Shown here piece by piece: positions 56,278 through 64,000 of a stretch of DNA of 64,000 nucleotides. The DNA is taken from positions 1 to 64,000 of the IMG/VR virus record IMGVR_UViG_3300028031_000001; one strand, written 5' to 3'. Positions within the stretch are counted from its first letter, which is position 1. Each line of letters opens with the position of its first letter. The DNA comes from a virus. Its lineage: Duplodnaviria; Heunggongvirae; Uroviricota; Caudoviricetes. The position numbers were made by a program, and so were the translations under genes. A model generated the notes under the pieces. The model saw nothing but the letters and a program-made list of their open reading frames with translations, ran no database searches and was not told where the DNA came from.

Positions 56278-56922
56278 ATGCCTGATTCATCAAAAGTAAA
56301 ACCTAAAGACCGAAGTAAAATTAGTAAGCGTCGGCTTACCCCTGCCGAATGGAAAAAAGCTAAAGCTATGCGGGCGGAACAAGGATTTACCATACAAGAA
56401 ATAGCGGAATCGTTTAATGTTTCTCACCAAGCGGTACAATCTAGATTAGCCAAAGACGGCGTAAAGCAAGGAGTGACGAACAAAGAAATTAAAAATAAAA
56501 AAGAGTTGATAATCGCTAATGACGCTCAAGAAATGTTAGTCAAAGGGTCGGACATAACCGTATTAGCCCTTCAAGGGGTTGAATGGTTACAAAAGAGGTC
56601 TCTGAAGCTCTTCACAGAGGCTGTAACGGAGGGAAGGCCATTAGTCACAATAGGGGACGATCAGAAGGTAATACGTACCATGCTGAACAATATGAAGCTA
56701 TGTCACGACGTTTCAGATATGATTATTCAAAATTACAAACAATTTGATGAGAAAGATGTTCCGGTATTAATTTTGAAATCTATGACCAAAGAGGATGAGC
56801 AGGCCGTTCGAGAAGCAGGCGACGAAGTTGGTGATTTGATGGGAGACTCAGGAACACCAAAAACGAATCCAGAATCCAGTTTTGACGATTCTGTAGTTAT
56901 TATTGGTGGTGAGAACGAATAA
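56278..56922 (+). CDS. Putative terminase small subunit
   Basis: N-terminal HTH (FTIQEIAESFNVSHQAVQSRL). It sits immediately upstream of, and overlaps, the large terminase gene. Confidence 0.45.
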   Translation: MPDSSKVKPKDRSKISKRRLTPAEWKKAKAMRAEQGFTIQEIAESFNVSHQAVQSRLAKDGVKQGVTNKEIKNKKELIIANDAQEMLVKGSDITVLALQGVEWLQKRSLKLFTEAVTEGRPLVTIGDDQKVIRTMLNNMKLCHDVSDMIIQNYKQFDEKDVPVLILKSMTKEDEQAVREAGDEVGDLMGDSGTPKTNPESSFDDSVVIIGGENE

Positions 56923-58196
56923 TGGCTGGAATAGCAGCTAAGGCCGTTGGTTCCAATATCAGTACAATAATGCTGCATAGGGGACAAACAGAGGTTCATA
57001 ATTCGAACGCAAGATTTAAAGTTGTTGTAGCTGGGCGTCGTTGGGGCAAATCGATGCTGGCTTTAATCAGTCTGATTAAATGGGCTCAAATACCGGGCTC
57101 AAGGGTTTGGTACGTAGCACCATCATATAGATTAGCAAAGCAAATTATTTGGGACGAATTAAAGGCCGCAGTTCCAAGGAATTGGGTTAAAAAAATTCAC
57201 GAAACAGAACTTTCAATTAGATTAGTAAATGGATCAATAATCGAATGCAAAGGTGCTGATGACCCAAACGGATTACTTGGTGTTGGACTAAACTACGTTA
57301 TCTTGGATGAGTTTCAAGATATGAAAGAAAATGTTTGGAAAAGGTCTTTACGACCAACCTTAGCGAGAGATCGCGGACACGCCATGTTCATCGGAACACC
57401 TCGTGGGTATAACCTGCTTTACGACGTACATATGTTGGGACAAGACCCAGATAATAAAATGTGGGATAGTTGGGTTTTTCCAACCGTGACATCCCCATTT
57501 ATTCCCTCTGAAGAAATTGAACAAGCACGGTCTGATATGGATATAAAAACATTCAGACAGGAGTTTGAAGCAAGCTTTGAAAATATGTCAGGACGGGTAT
57601 ATTACCAATTTGATAGAAATATTCATACCGGAAAATTTCCATTTAATCCAGACCTTCCGATTTGGGTAGGGCAAGATTTTAATATCGACCCTATGGCCAC
57701 TGCAATTATGCAACCTCAGCGAGACGGATCAATACATGTTGTTGATGAGATTTATAAACACGGATCAAATACTTTGGAAATATGTGATATTCTAGAACAA
57801 AGATATTACAAGTATATGGGAAAAAATAACGGACAGGTTTGTATATATCCAGACCCAGCAGGTACTGCAAGACAACATGCCCGAGGAGAATCAGACCTTG
57901 ATATATTTAGAGAGCGTGGATTTAATTACATAAAGTTTAGGCGGAAGCATCCTAGAATATCTGATAGAGTTAACGCGGTTAATCGTATGCTCATGGACGC
58001 GAATGGTCAGGTTCGTATGCACGTTGATTCAAAATGCAAAAACGTAATAAAATCTTTCGAGCAAGTTTTATACAAAGAGGGAACTCCGGATATTGATAAA
58101 CGTCCTAGCGTCGAGCACATTACAGACGCTTTGGGTTATCCAATTGAGCTAGAATATCCAACAAGGAAGATCGTCATTGCTGGGCGCTCACTGTAA
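56922..58196 (+). CDS. Terminase large subunit
   Basis: Terminase-type Walker A (VVVAGRRWGKS) and Walker B (LDEF), a C-terminal nuclease-like region, then the portal gene. Confidence 0.8.
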   Translation: MAGIAAKAVGSNISTIMLHRGQTEVHNSNARFKVVVAGRRWGKSMLALISLIKWAQIPGSRVWYVAPSYRLAKQIIWDELKAAVPRNWVKKIHETELSIRLVNGSIIECKGADDPNGLLGVGLNYVILDEFQDMKENVWKRSLRPTLARDRGHAMFIGTPRGYNLLYDVHMLGQDPDNKMWDSWVFPTVTSPFIPSEEIEQARSDMDIKTFRQEFEASFENMSGRVYYQFDRNIHTGKFPFNPDLPIWVGQDFNIDPMATAIMQPQRDGSIHVVDEIYKHGSNTLEICDILEQRYYKYMGKNNGQVCIYPDPAGTARQHARGESDLDIFRERGFNYIKFRRKHPRISDRVNAVNRMLMDANGQVRMHVDSKCKNVIKSFEQVLYKEGTPDIDKRPSVEHITDALGYPIELEYPTRKIVIAGRSL

Positions 58197-58275
58197 CGGG
58201 TTTCGTTTAGGGGGTTATTGATTGAGACTTATTAGCTTGGTATAATACACACTAATAAGTCGAGTTTACTATTTC

Positions 58276-59832
58276 GTGACTGAAAAGAAAAGCATTTTAC
58301 AGACTCTAACAGAGCGCAGACATCCGGATTACGTTTCTATGTTACCGCACTGGGAATTTATGGAAGCAACTTATGTCGGCGGAAGAGATTGGTTTTTAAA
58401 TAATATTTTTCAATACATGAAAGAAGGCCCGACAGAGTATGCAGACAGGCTAGAAAGAGCTTATAGATTTAACCATACCAGAGAAGTGGTAGATTTGGTT
58501 AATAAATATTTGTTTAGAGGTTCTGTGGTAAGAAACGAACACGACGCTTCAGACGCGTTAAATGGTTTTTGGAAAAAAGCGACATTGCAAGGTCTGGACA
58601 TGACAGAATTTATGAAGATTGTTTCTACAAAATCTTCGATAGGTGGAAGACCTTGGGTGATAGTCGATAACGCAACAGGCGTTATTCCGGAAAACGCTTC
58701 ACAAGCAGATACAGAAAAGTCGAATGTATACGCTTATGTTGTAGCCCCAAAAGACGTTTTAGATATGAGTTATGATAGTCGCGGAGTTTTAAACTGGATT
58801 TTAATACGAGAGTACAGCCGAGACGATAACGATCCGCTAATGGACTCCGGAATAGTTGAAGAACGGTTTAGACTCTGGACTAGACAAGATTGGATTTTGG
58901 TTGGAGAAACCGGCCCAGCAGACTCAAGAAGATTTGAAATTTTAGATCAGGGTATTCACGCTTTAGGAGAAGTTCCGGCGGTTAAGGTTGATAACGCTAT
59001 AACTGACGATCCTTGGAGTTGCCCAGCACTAATAACGGACGTAGCGTATTTGGATAGAGCTACAGCGAATTACGCTTCAAATTTAGATGCGATAATTCAA
59101 GACCAAACATTCTCACAACTGGCAATGCCGGCCCAGAATGTGCTTCCGGGAGATGACGCGTATAACGCAATTCTGGATATGGGAACAAAAAGAATATTTT
59201 TATATGATGGTGAGGGTGGACAGGCTCCACAATACTTAAGCCCAGACCCTAAACAGGCTGCGCTAATTATAACAGCCATCCAACAATTGATAAATGAAAT
59301 TTATCACACAGTTGGTTTAGCTGGAGAAAGAACTAAAGAAGATAATTCTTCTGGTATAGACAACTCATCCGGAGTAGCCAAAGCATTTGACTTTGAAAGA
59401 GTCACGGCGTTACTAGCTCAAAAGGCAGACTCATTAGAGACTGCGGAAAATAAGATAGCGAGACTTGTTTCACTTTGGGCGGGAGAAGACACACCGGAAG
59501 AAGATTTAATTACATATTCTGAAACCTTTGAAATGCGCGGATTGCAACAAGAGCTAGCTATAGCATTACAGCTAAGCGCAATTAATGTTCCGGAGTATAT
59601 GAGGTCAGAGCAGATGAAGGGGGTAGCAGAACACCTATTTCCTAAATTGAGTGCTGATCAGAAAAAAGAAATGATAGAAGCTATCGAGAAATGGGAGGCA
59701 AGGCTGGAAGAAACTTCAGCGGCTGAACTGCAAAATAGCAAAGAGAGTAGCGCAATTGTAGAAGAATCCAAGCGTAATAGAAGTAACGCGGGTGACAAAC
59801 AAAGTGCTACGAAAAGTCGAGATACCGACTAA
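58276..59832 (+). CDS. Portal protein
   Basis: 518 aa; its position after the large terminase and its size fit a portal. Confidence 0.65.
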   Translation: MTEKKSILQTLTERRHPDYVSMLPHWEFMEATYVGGRDWFLNNIFQYMKEGPTEYADRLERAYRFNHTREVVDLVNKYLFRGSVVRNEHDASDALNGFWKKATLQGLDMTEFMKIVSTKSSIGGRPWVIVDNATGVIPENASQADTEKSNVYAYVVAPKDVLDMSYDSRGVLNWILIREYSRDDNDPLMDSGIVEERFRLWTRQDWILVGETGPADSRRFEILDQGIHALGEVPAVKVDNAITDDPWSCPALITDVAYLDRATANYASNLDAIIQDQTFSQLAMPAQNVLPGDDAYNAILDMGTKRIFLYDGEGGQAPQYLSPDPKQAALIITAIQQLINEIYHTVGLAGERTKEDNSSGIDNSSGVAKAFDFERVTALLAQKADSLETAENKIARLVSLWAGEDTPEEDLITYSETFEMRGLQQELAIALQLSAINVPEYMRSEQMKGVAEHLFPKLSADQKKEMIEAIEKWEARLEETSAAELQNSKESSAIVEESKRNRSNAGDKQSATKSRDTD

Positions 59833-59884
59833 AGCATAGCCAAGCGAATGGCCTGACCGAGATACTGGTCTAAAGGAGAAAAGC

Positions 59885-60757
59885 ATGACAACAGAAGAAC
59901 TGGCTGCAAAAGCAGCAGCAGACGCGGCGTTACTTAAAGCGGCAGAAGATGCCACGGCAGTAGCAACAAAATCTGCGGAAGACGCAGCAACTAAGGCGGC
60001 AGATGAGTTAGCAGCTCTTCAAACCAAACTGGATGCGGCATTGGTTGGAGAAGGTACTTCTGAAGAAGAAGCAAAACTCCTTAAAGAGGTTATGAAGCGA
60101 AAAGATAGTGAGAAATCTGTGAAGGCAGAGCTTGCTACAAAACAAGCAGAGTTGGACAAGCTAACGAACGCTCTGGGTGGTTTAGAAATATCTGATATAT
60201 CAGAAATTATTGATGGTCAGAAAAAAGCCGCAACGAAAAAATTAGAAGATGAGGGAAAGTACAAACAGATCATCGAAAGCATGGGAGAGCAGCACACGAA
60301 AGCTGTTGAAGACATGAAAGCAACAATCGATGCTTTGAACGTTGATTTGAAAACAGCAACATCAAGTCAACAAGAATTAACTATTGGTCGTGCATTTGGC
60401 GATTCGGCATTTGTTAGAGAAAGTTCTACACTGCCAGTCTCAATAGCGCGAGCGACTTTCGAAGGAAACTTCGATATTGAAAATGGCACTGTTGTAGCGT
60501 ACAACAAGCCTAAAGGTGTAGAAGGTAGAGCACCATTAGTCGATGCCGACGGAAGTGGTAAGTCTTTTGAAGACGCTATTAAGCAACTTTATAACGACCA
60601 TCCAGACAATAAAACGCTACTAAAGACGAAGCAGAAGCAAGGTGCTGGCTCTTCAACTGATGTATCGAAAAGTATCGCGCAAAACGATGACAAGGTCAAA
60701 TTTAAAGGTCTTGATAGAATCGCTAACGCATTAAATAAGAATGCGGCAGCATCATAA
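59885..60757 (+). CDS. Scaffolding protein
   Basis: Ala/Glu/Lys-rich, predicted alpha-helical coiled coil, between the portal and capsid genes. Confidence 0.55.
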   Translation: MTTEELAAKAAADAALLKAAEDATAVATKSAEDAATKAADELAALQTKLDAALVGEGTSEEEAKLLKEVMKRKDSEKSVKAELATKQAELDKLTNALGGLEISDISEIIDGQKKAATKKLEDEGKYKQIIESMGEQHTKAVEDMKATIDALNVDLKTATSSQQELTIGRAFGDSAFVRESSTLPVSIARATFEGNFDIENGTVVAYNKPKGVEGRAPLVDADGSGKSFEDAIKQLYNDHPDNKTLLKTKQKQGAGSSTDVSKSIAQNDDKVKFKGLDRIANALNKNAAAS

Positions 60758-60826
60758 AATTAGCCGAAAGGCTGTAGGTGTGAACCTCGATGATGCCGTC
60801 TTTAAACATGCCTAAAGGAGAACAAC

Positions 60827-61732
60827 ATGGCACTTTTAAAAACCGAAGCTGACAAGCTGTCGAACAACGACCTTGTAGCTGGAGTCATCGAGGAAATCAT
60901 TGAGAAAGATGGTCTTTTCGCCCTATTACCCTTCAGTAAGACGAATGGTAAAGCATACGTTTACAACCGAGAAGCGACAAACTCTCAGGCGATATTCATT
61001 GATCCTAATGATGTAATCACCGAAGAAGCGTCAACCTTCACATCAGTTACTACTCAGCTACGAATTATCGCTGGCGACGTAGATGTTGATAAGTTCCTAG
61101 AAGGAACTGAAAGTGATACAAACAATCAGAAAGCAATTCAAATCGCTGCGAAAGCAAAAGGTATTGCTCGAACATTTAGAAGTGCCATCATCAATGGCGA
61201 TAATGGCGTAAACGCTAAACAGTTTGATGGTCTGAACGCGATTGTTACAGCCACAGGAAACGAAGTTATTTCCGCAGTTAACGGCGCATCTCTAACTCTA
61301 GCTATGCTAGACGAGCTTGCAGACGCAGTGCCTAACGGCCCCGACTTTTACATGATGCGCTCTGGAACATTTCGTGCGCTGAAAGTATTGTGGAGACTGG
61401 CTGGTGGTAATACAGGTGGATTGCTGCAAATTGATAACTTCGGTTTGTCAGTTCCCGCACATGATGGTATACCAATCATCATAAACGATTACATTTCTGG
61501 AGCAGAAACTCAAGGTACTAACGGCGCTACAGCACGTATCTACGCAGTTCGAGCAAATGAAGTAGATGGCTTCCACGGCCTTTATGGCGGGGAAAATGCC
61601 GGGTTCGTTGTTGAAGATATCGGAACGGTTCAAAATAAAGACGCGACTCGTACTCGTGTGAAGTGGTATTGTGGTGTGGCTCTTAAGTCAACACAATCAG
61701 CAGCTTCATTAAACGGTATTACGAACGTTTAA
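60827..61732 (+). CDS. Major capsid protein
   Basis: 301 aa with a strong GGAG RBS, positioned after the scaffold gene. Confidence 0.55.
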   Translation: MALLKTEADKLSNNDLVAGVIEEIIEKDGLFALLPFSKTNGKAYVYNREATNSQAIFIDPNDVITEEASTFTSVTTQLRIIAGDVDVDKFLEGTESDTNNQKAIQIAAKAKGIARTFRSAIINGDNGVNAKQFDGLNAIVTATGNEVISAVNGASLTLAMLDELADAVPNGPDFYMMRSGTFRALKVLWRLAGGNTGGLLQIDNFGLSVPAHDGIPIIINDYISGAETQGTNGATARIYAVRANEVDGFHGLYGGENAGFVVEDIGTVQNKDATRTRVKWYCGVALKSTQSAASLNGITNV

Positions 61733-61782
61733 TTAAACAGAATTGGCGACCCTTCGGGGTCGTCGCATTCTTTGGAGAGATA

Positions 61783-62283
61783 ATGCCAATATTAAGAATT
61801 ATTCAAGAGGGTTTTGAAGGATTTACCGGTATGCTTGGAGAAGTAGACTTTAAAAACGGTATCTCAGTCGAAGTTATAAGTAAGAACGAGGCAGCGCGAA
61901 TGGCTGGCATAATGGGTATTGTTGAGCATGACACGGGTCGCAACCCGTCCAAAACTCAAGACCTTATAGACGACAGAAATAAAAGCATTCGAGAGATGAA
62001 GTTGTCGCAAATGGCTAAAATTAAAAAAGACGCCATAATGATAGAAAAAAAAGAGGCTGGTGTTAAGCTTGAACTTCAAGAAGATGGGCAAGTTATAGAA
62101 ACCAAACCAGATGTTCCAGAAGAAGTTGTTCATAGTTACGACTATTCTATAGAAGAACTTACCTATATTGCCGACAATGAAGGGATATACGGTATTAGAG
62201 ATTTTGCGGCCAAATACGATATAAGAGGCCCATCAATAAAAGCCATTATAGATTCATTAATGGCTGTTCAAAAAAAGTCTTAA
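61783..62283 (+). CDS. Head-associated hypothetical protein
   Basis: 166-aa ORF in the head module. Confidence 0.4.
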   Translation: MPILRIIQEGFEGFTGMLGEVDFKNGISVEVISKNEAARMAGIMGIVEHDTGRNPSKTQDLIDDRNKSIREMKLSQMAKIKKDAIMIEKKEAGVKLELQEDGQVIETKPDVPEEVVHSYDYSIEELTYIADNEGIYGIRDFAAKYDIRGPSIKAIIDSLMAVQKKS

Positions 62284-62320
62284 ATGAATTTAAAAATAGC
62301 TATAGCTAAAGGAGTTAACA

Positions 62321-62719
62321 ATGGCAGCTAAGTGGTTTCATCCCGACGTAATGGACGACGGGTTAAGTATTTTGAGAGCGTCGGCAGACGGTGGTCTTGT
62401 AACAACTATGCATTTGATTAGCGCGTATGCTGTAGCAGATAGCAGAGCTACTGTGGTTGCAAATTCTTTAGGAAGTGTTTCTATCATAGCTAGTGATGGG
62501 GTTTTGGAGAATGGTAGTGCGGCGAACACTCGAAGAGTTCGTATTATAGCAAAAACTATTACCGCGAGCGCCACGGACGGAGCGCCAGATTTACACATCG
62601 CACTTATAGATGCTACAAAAGTATACGCAGTTACTGATGAAACTTCTGACCAACCAATCACTAGTGGAAACCAAATCAACGTTCCCACTTTCAACATGCA
62701 AAACAACCAACCAACATAA
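62321..62719 (+). CDS. Structural hypothetical protein
   Basis: 132-aa ORF with a GGAG RBS. Confidence 0.4.
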   Translation: MAAKWFHPDVMDDGLSILRASADGGLVTTMHLISAYAVADSRATVVANSLGSVSIIASDGVLENGSAANTRRVRIIAKTITASATDGAPDLHIALIDATKVYAVTDETSDQPITSGNQINVPTFNMQNNQPT

Positions 62720-62761
62720 TAGTTAGTTAGTTATTATATACAGGCGTTAAAGAACCTCTGG

Positions 62762-63337
62762 TTGTTTCAAGACGCCCAGAGGTTTTTTATTATGGGAAAA
62801 ATTTGTACTGTAAACGGGATTAGATCAAAAGGTGAAGGTTCGACAGATTTGCTAGGTCAGGAACTTAGAAATCTAAGTTATGAAGTTTTAGATATTAATC
62901 AAGAAATTCGACATACTTGGAATGTTAGAGACAAAGGTACAGTAAAAAGGGATGTTGAAAAAATACTTGATTTGTCTTCAGATGGAGACATAATGGCTGG
63001 GCATAGTTATGGCGGATATAAAATTGCCGAAGCTATGAAAAAAAGAAATTATAAAGCGGTGTTTTTGTTTAGGCCCGCTATGGATAGAGATTATGGTTTT
63101 ATCCACAGAGAGACAAAAATATACTGCATATATTCTAAAAAAGATGTAACGATATGGTTCGGATCAACGTTGTTGTTTCATAAATTTGGAGCGGCAGGAG
63201 CTAAAGGATTTAGGGATGATTTGGTTACAAATATCAAATCAAAAGGCGGCTGGGGGCACAGTTCCGACTTTAATCCTCTAAAACAAAGACAATACTGGGC
63301 CAATTATATAGCGAGGTTATACCCAAATGAAATTTAA
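62762..63337 (+). CDS. Alpha/beta-hydrolase (esterase/lipase-like) protein
   Basis: Nucleophile elbow GHSYGG (GxSxG). Confidence 0.5.
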   Translation: MFQDAQRFFIMGKICTVNGIRSKGEGSTDLLGQELRNLSYEVLDINQEIRHTWNVRDKGTVKRDVEKILDLSSDGDIMAGHSYGGYKIAEAMKKRNYKAVFLFRPAMDRDYGFIHRETKIYCIYSKKDVTIWFGSTLLFHKFGAAGAKGFRDDLVTNIKSKGGWGHSSDFNPLKQRQYWANYIARLYPNEI

Positions 63338-63593
63338 AAATATATTTCTGATAACAGTTTTTGCAGTCCTTACTGCCTGCGCAACCCAACTTAAGATAGG
63401 TGAGAATGATGTGTCGATTTCTCTATTAGAAGTGGATACAGTAGCCGGTGTTACTCCGGGCGCACGAATAGAGGCGGATGGCTGTGTCATGATTATTAGA
63501 AACGCTGACAAACTAACTGAAGTTAAGTCTCTTGAGGCAATAAATATGAAGACTGACGATTGCAGTTTTGGCAAAGAGGCGGTGACAGAATGA
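63327..63593 (+). CDS. Lipoprotein
   Basis: Signal peptide with lipobox LTAC. Confidence 0.55.
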   Translation: MKFKNIFLITVFAVLTACATQLKIGENDVSISLLEVDTVAGVTPGARIEADGCVMIIRNADKLTEVKSLEAINMKTDDCSFGKEAVTE

Positions 63594-64000
63594 AGTATTT
63601 AATTGGAATAATTCTTTTATTTTCTGCAATTTCGGTTGGTGCGGTCGAAGTCCCAAAAACTTGGAATAAACCTGTAGTGGATCAGAACGGAAACACCATT
63701 CCGGATGGGATGCTTTGGGGGTATACGGTTGCATGGAGAATAATGAACCCAGCGTCATCGGATTGCTTATTTAACTTGGGCGCATTAACTGTGGATACAG
63801 ATTACGACGAACAAAGAAAAATTGCAGAGGATGTTTGTTACAACTTAAGCCCCAACAATGCCGGGTCTTTTGTGGATATTCCAGACCCAGACGTGCTGAG
63901 TCATACTAATGACGCTGATGCCGGTACGCTGCGTATGTATCGAATTTCAGCTCAATATTGGAAAGACGATAGGACGGGAAAAAATATGAATGGTAGACAA
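63590..64000 (+). CDS. Secreted protein (partial; continues beyond the window)
   Basis: Signal peptide MKYLIGIILLFSAISVGA; the ORF is open to the window end. Confidence 0.4.
   Translation, partial: MKYLIGIILLFSAISVGAVEVPKTWNKPVVDQNGNTIPDGMLWGYTVAWRIMNPASSDCLFNLGALTVDTDYDEQRKIAEDVCYNLSPNNAGSFVDIPDPDVLSHTNDADAGTLRMYRISAQYWKDDRTGKNMNGRQ

Overview
This AT-rich 64 kb window looks like one contiguous piece of a large tailed dsDNA phage genome with very few non-coding gaps. It splits into four blocks. (1) 1-28.2 kb on the + strand is a replication, recombination and nucleotide-metabolism block. It holds a flap endonuclease, a RecA/UvsX-like recombinase, Mre11/Rad50-like nucleases and a RuvC-like resolvase. 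It also holds a ribonucleotide reductase interrupted by a 134-aa mini-intein, thymidylate synthase, a MazG-like protein, a P-loop kinase, a DnaQ-like exonuclease, a Fic protein, an SPFH lipoprotein, an HD-domain (p)ppGpp-hydrolase-like protein and a hexapeptide-repeat protein encoded by an 18-bp tandem repeat. (2) 28.2-29.8 kb is a 1.6 kb non-coding region where the two transcription directions converge; it has iteron-like repeats and is followed by hairpin terminators. (3) 29.8-46 kb on the - strand is an accessory block. It carries an adjacent NAMPT-like and PRPP-synthetase-like pair, which is NAD+ salvage or reconstitution of the NARP type. It also carries a standalone SLOG-domain protein, a Lar-like zinc-ribbon protein, many small Cys-rich proteins, a two-component spanin pair, a MipA-like outer-membrane protein and a HAD 5'-nucleotidase. 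(4) 46-52.7 kb is a dense minus-strand tRNA array of at least about 23 genes, most encoding CCA. A vWA protein, an HNH endonuclease and an ArfB/RF-1-domain peptidyl-tRNA-hydrolase-like protein are embedded in it. An SF2 helicase follows on the - strand, and then a + strand packaging and head module runs to the end: ParB-like protein, small and large terminase, portal, scaffold and major capsid. All calls rest on motif-level reading of the supplied ORF translations and manual tRNA folding. No database searches were run.
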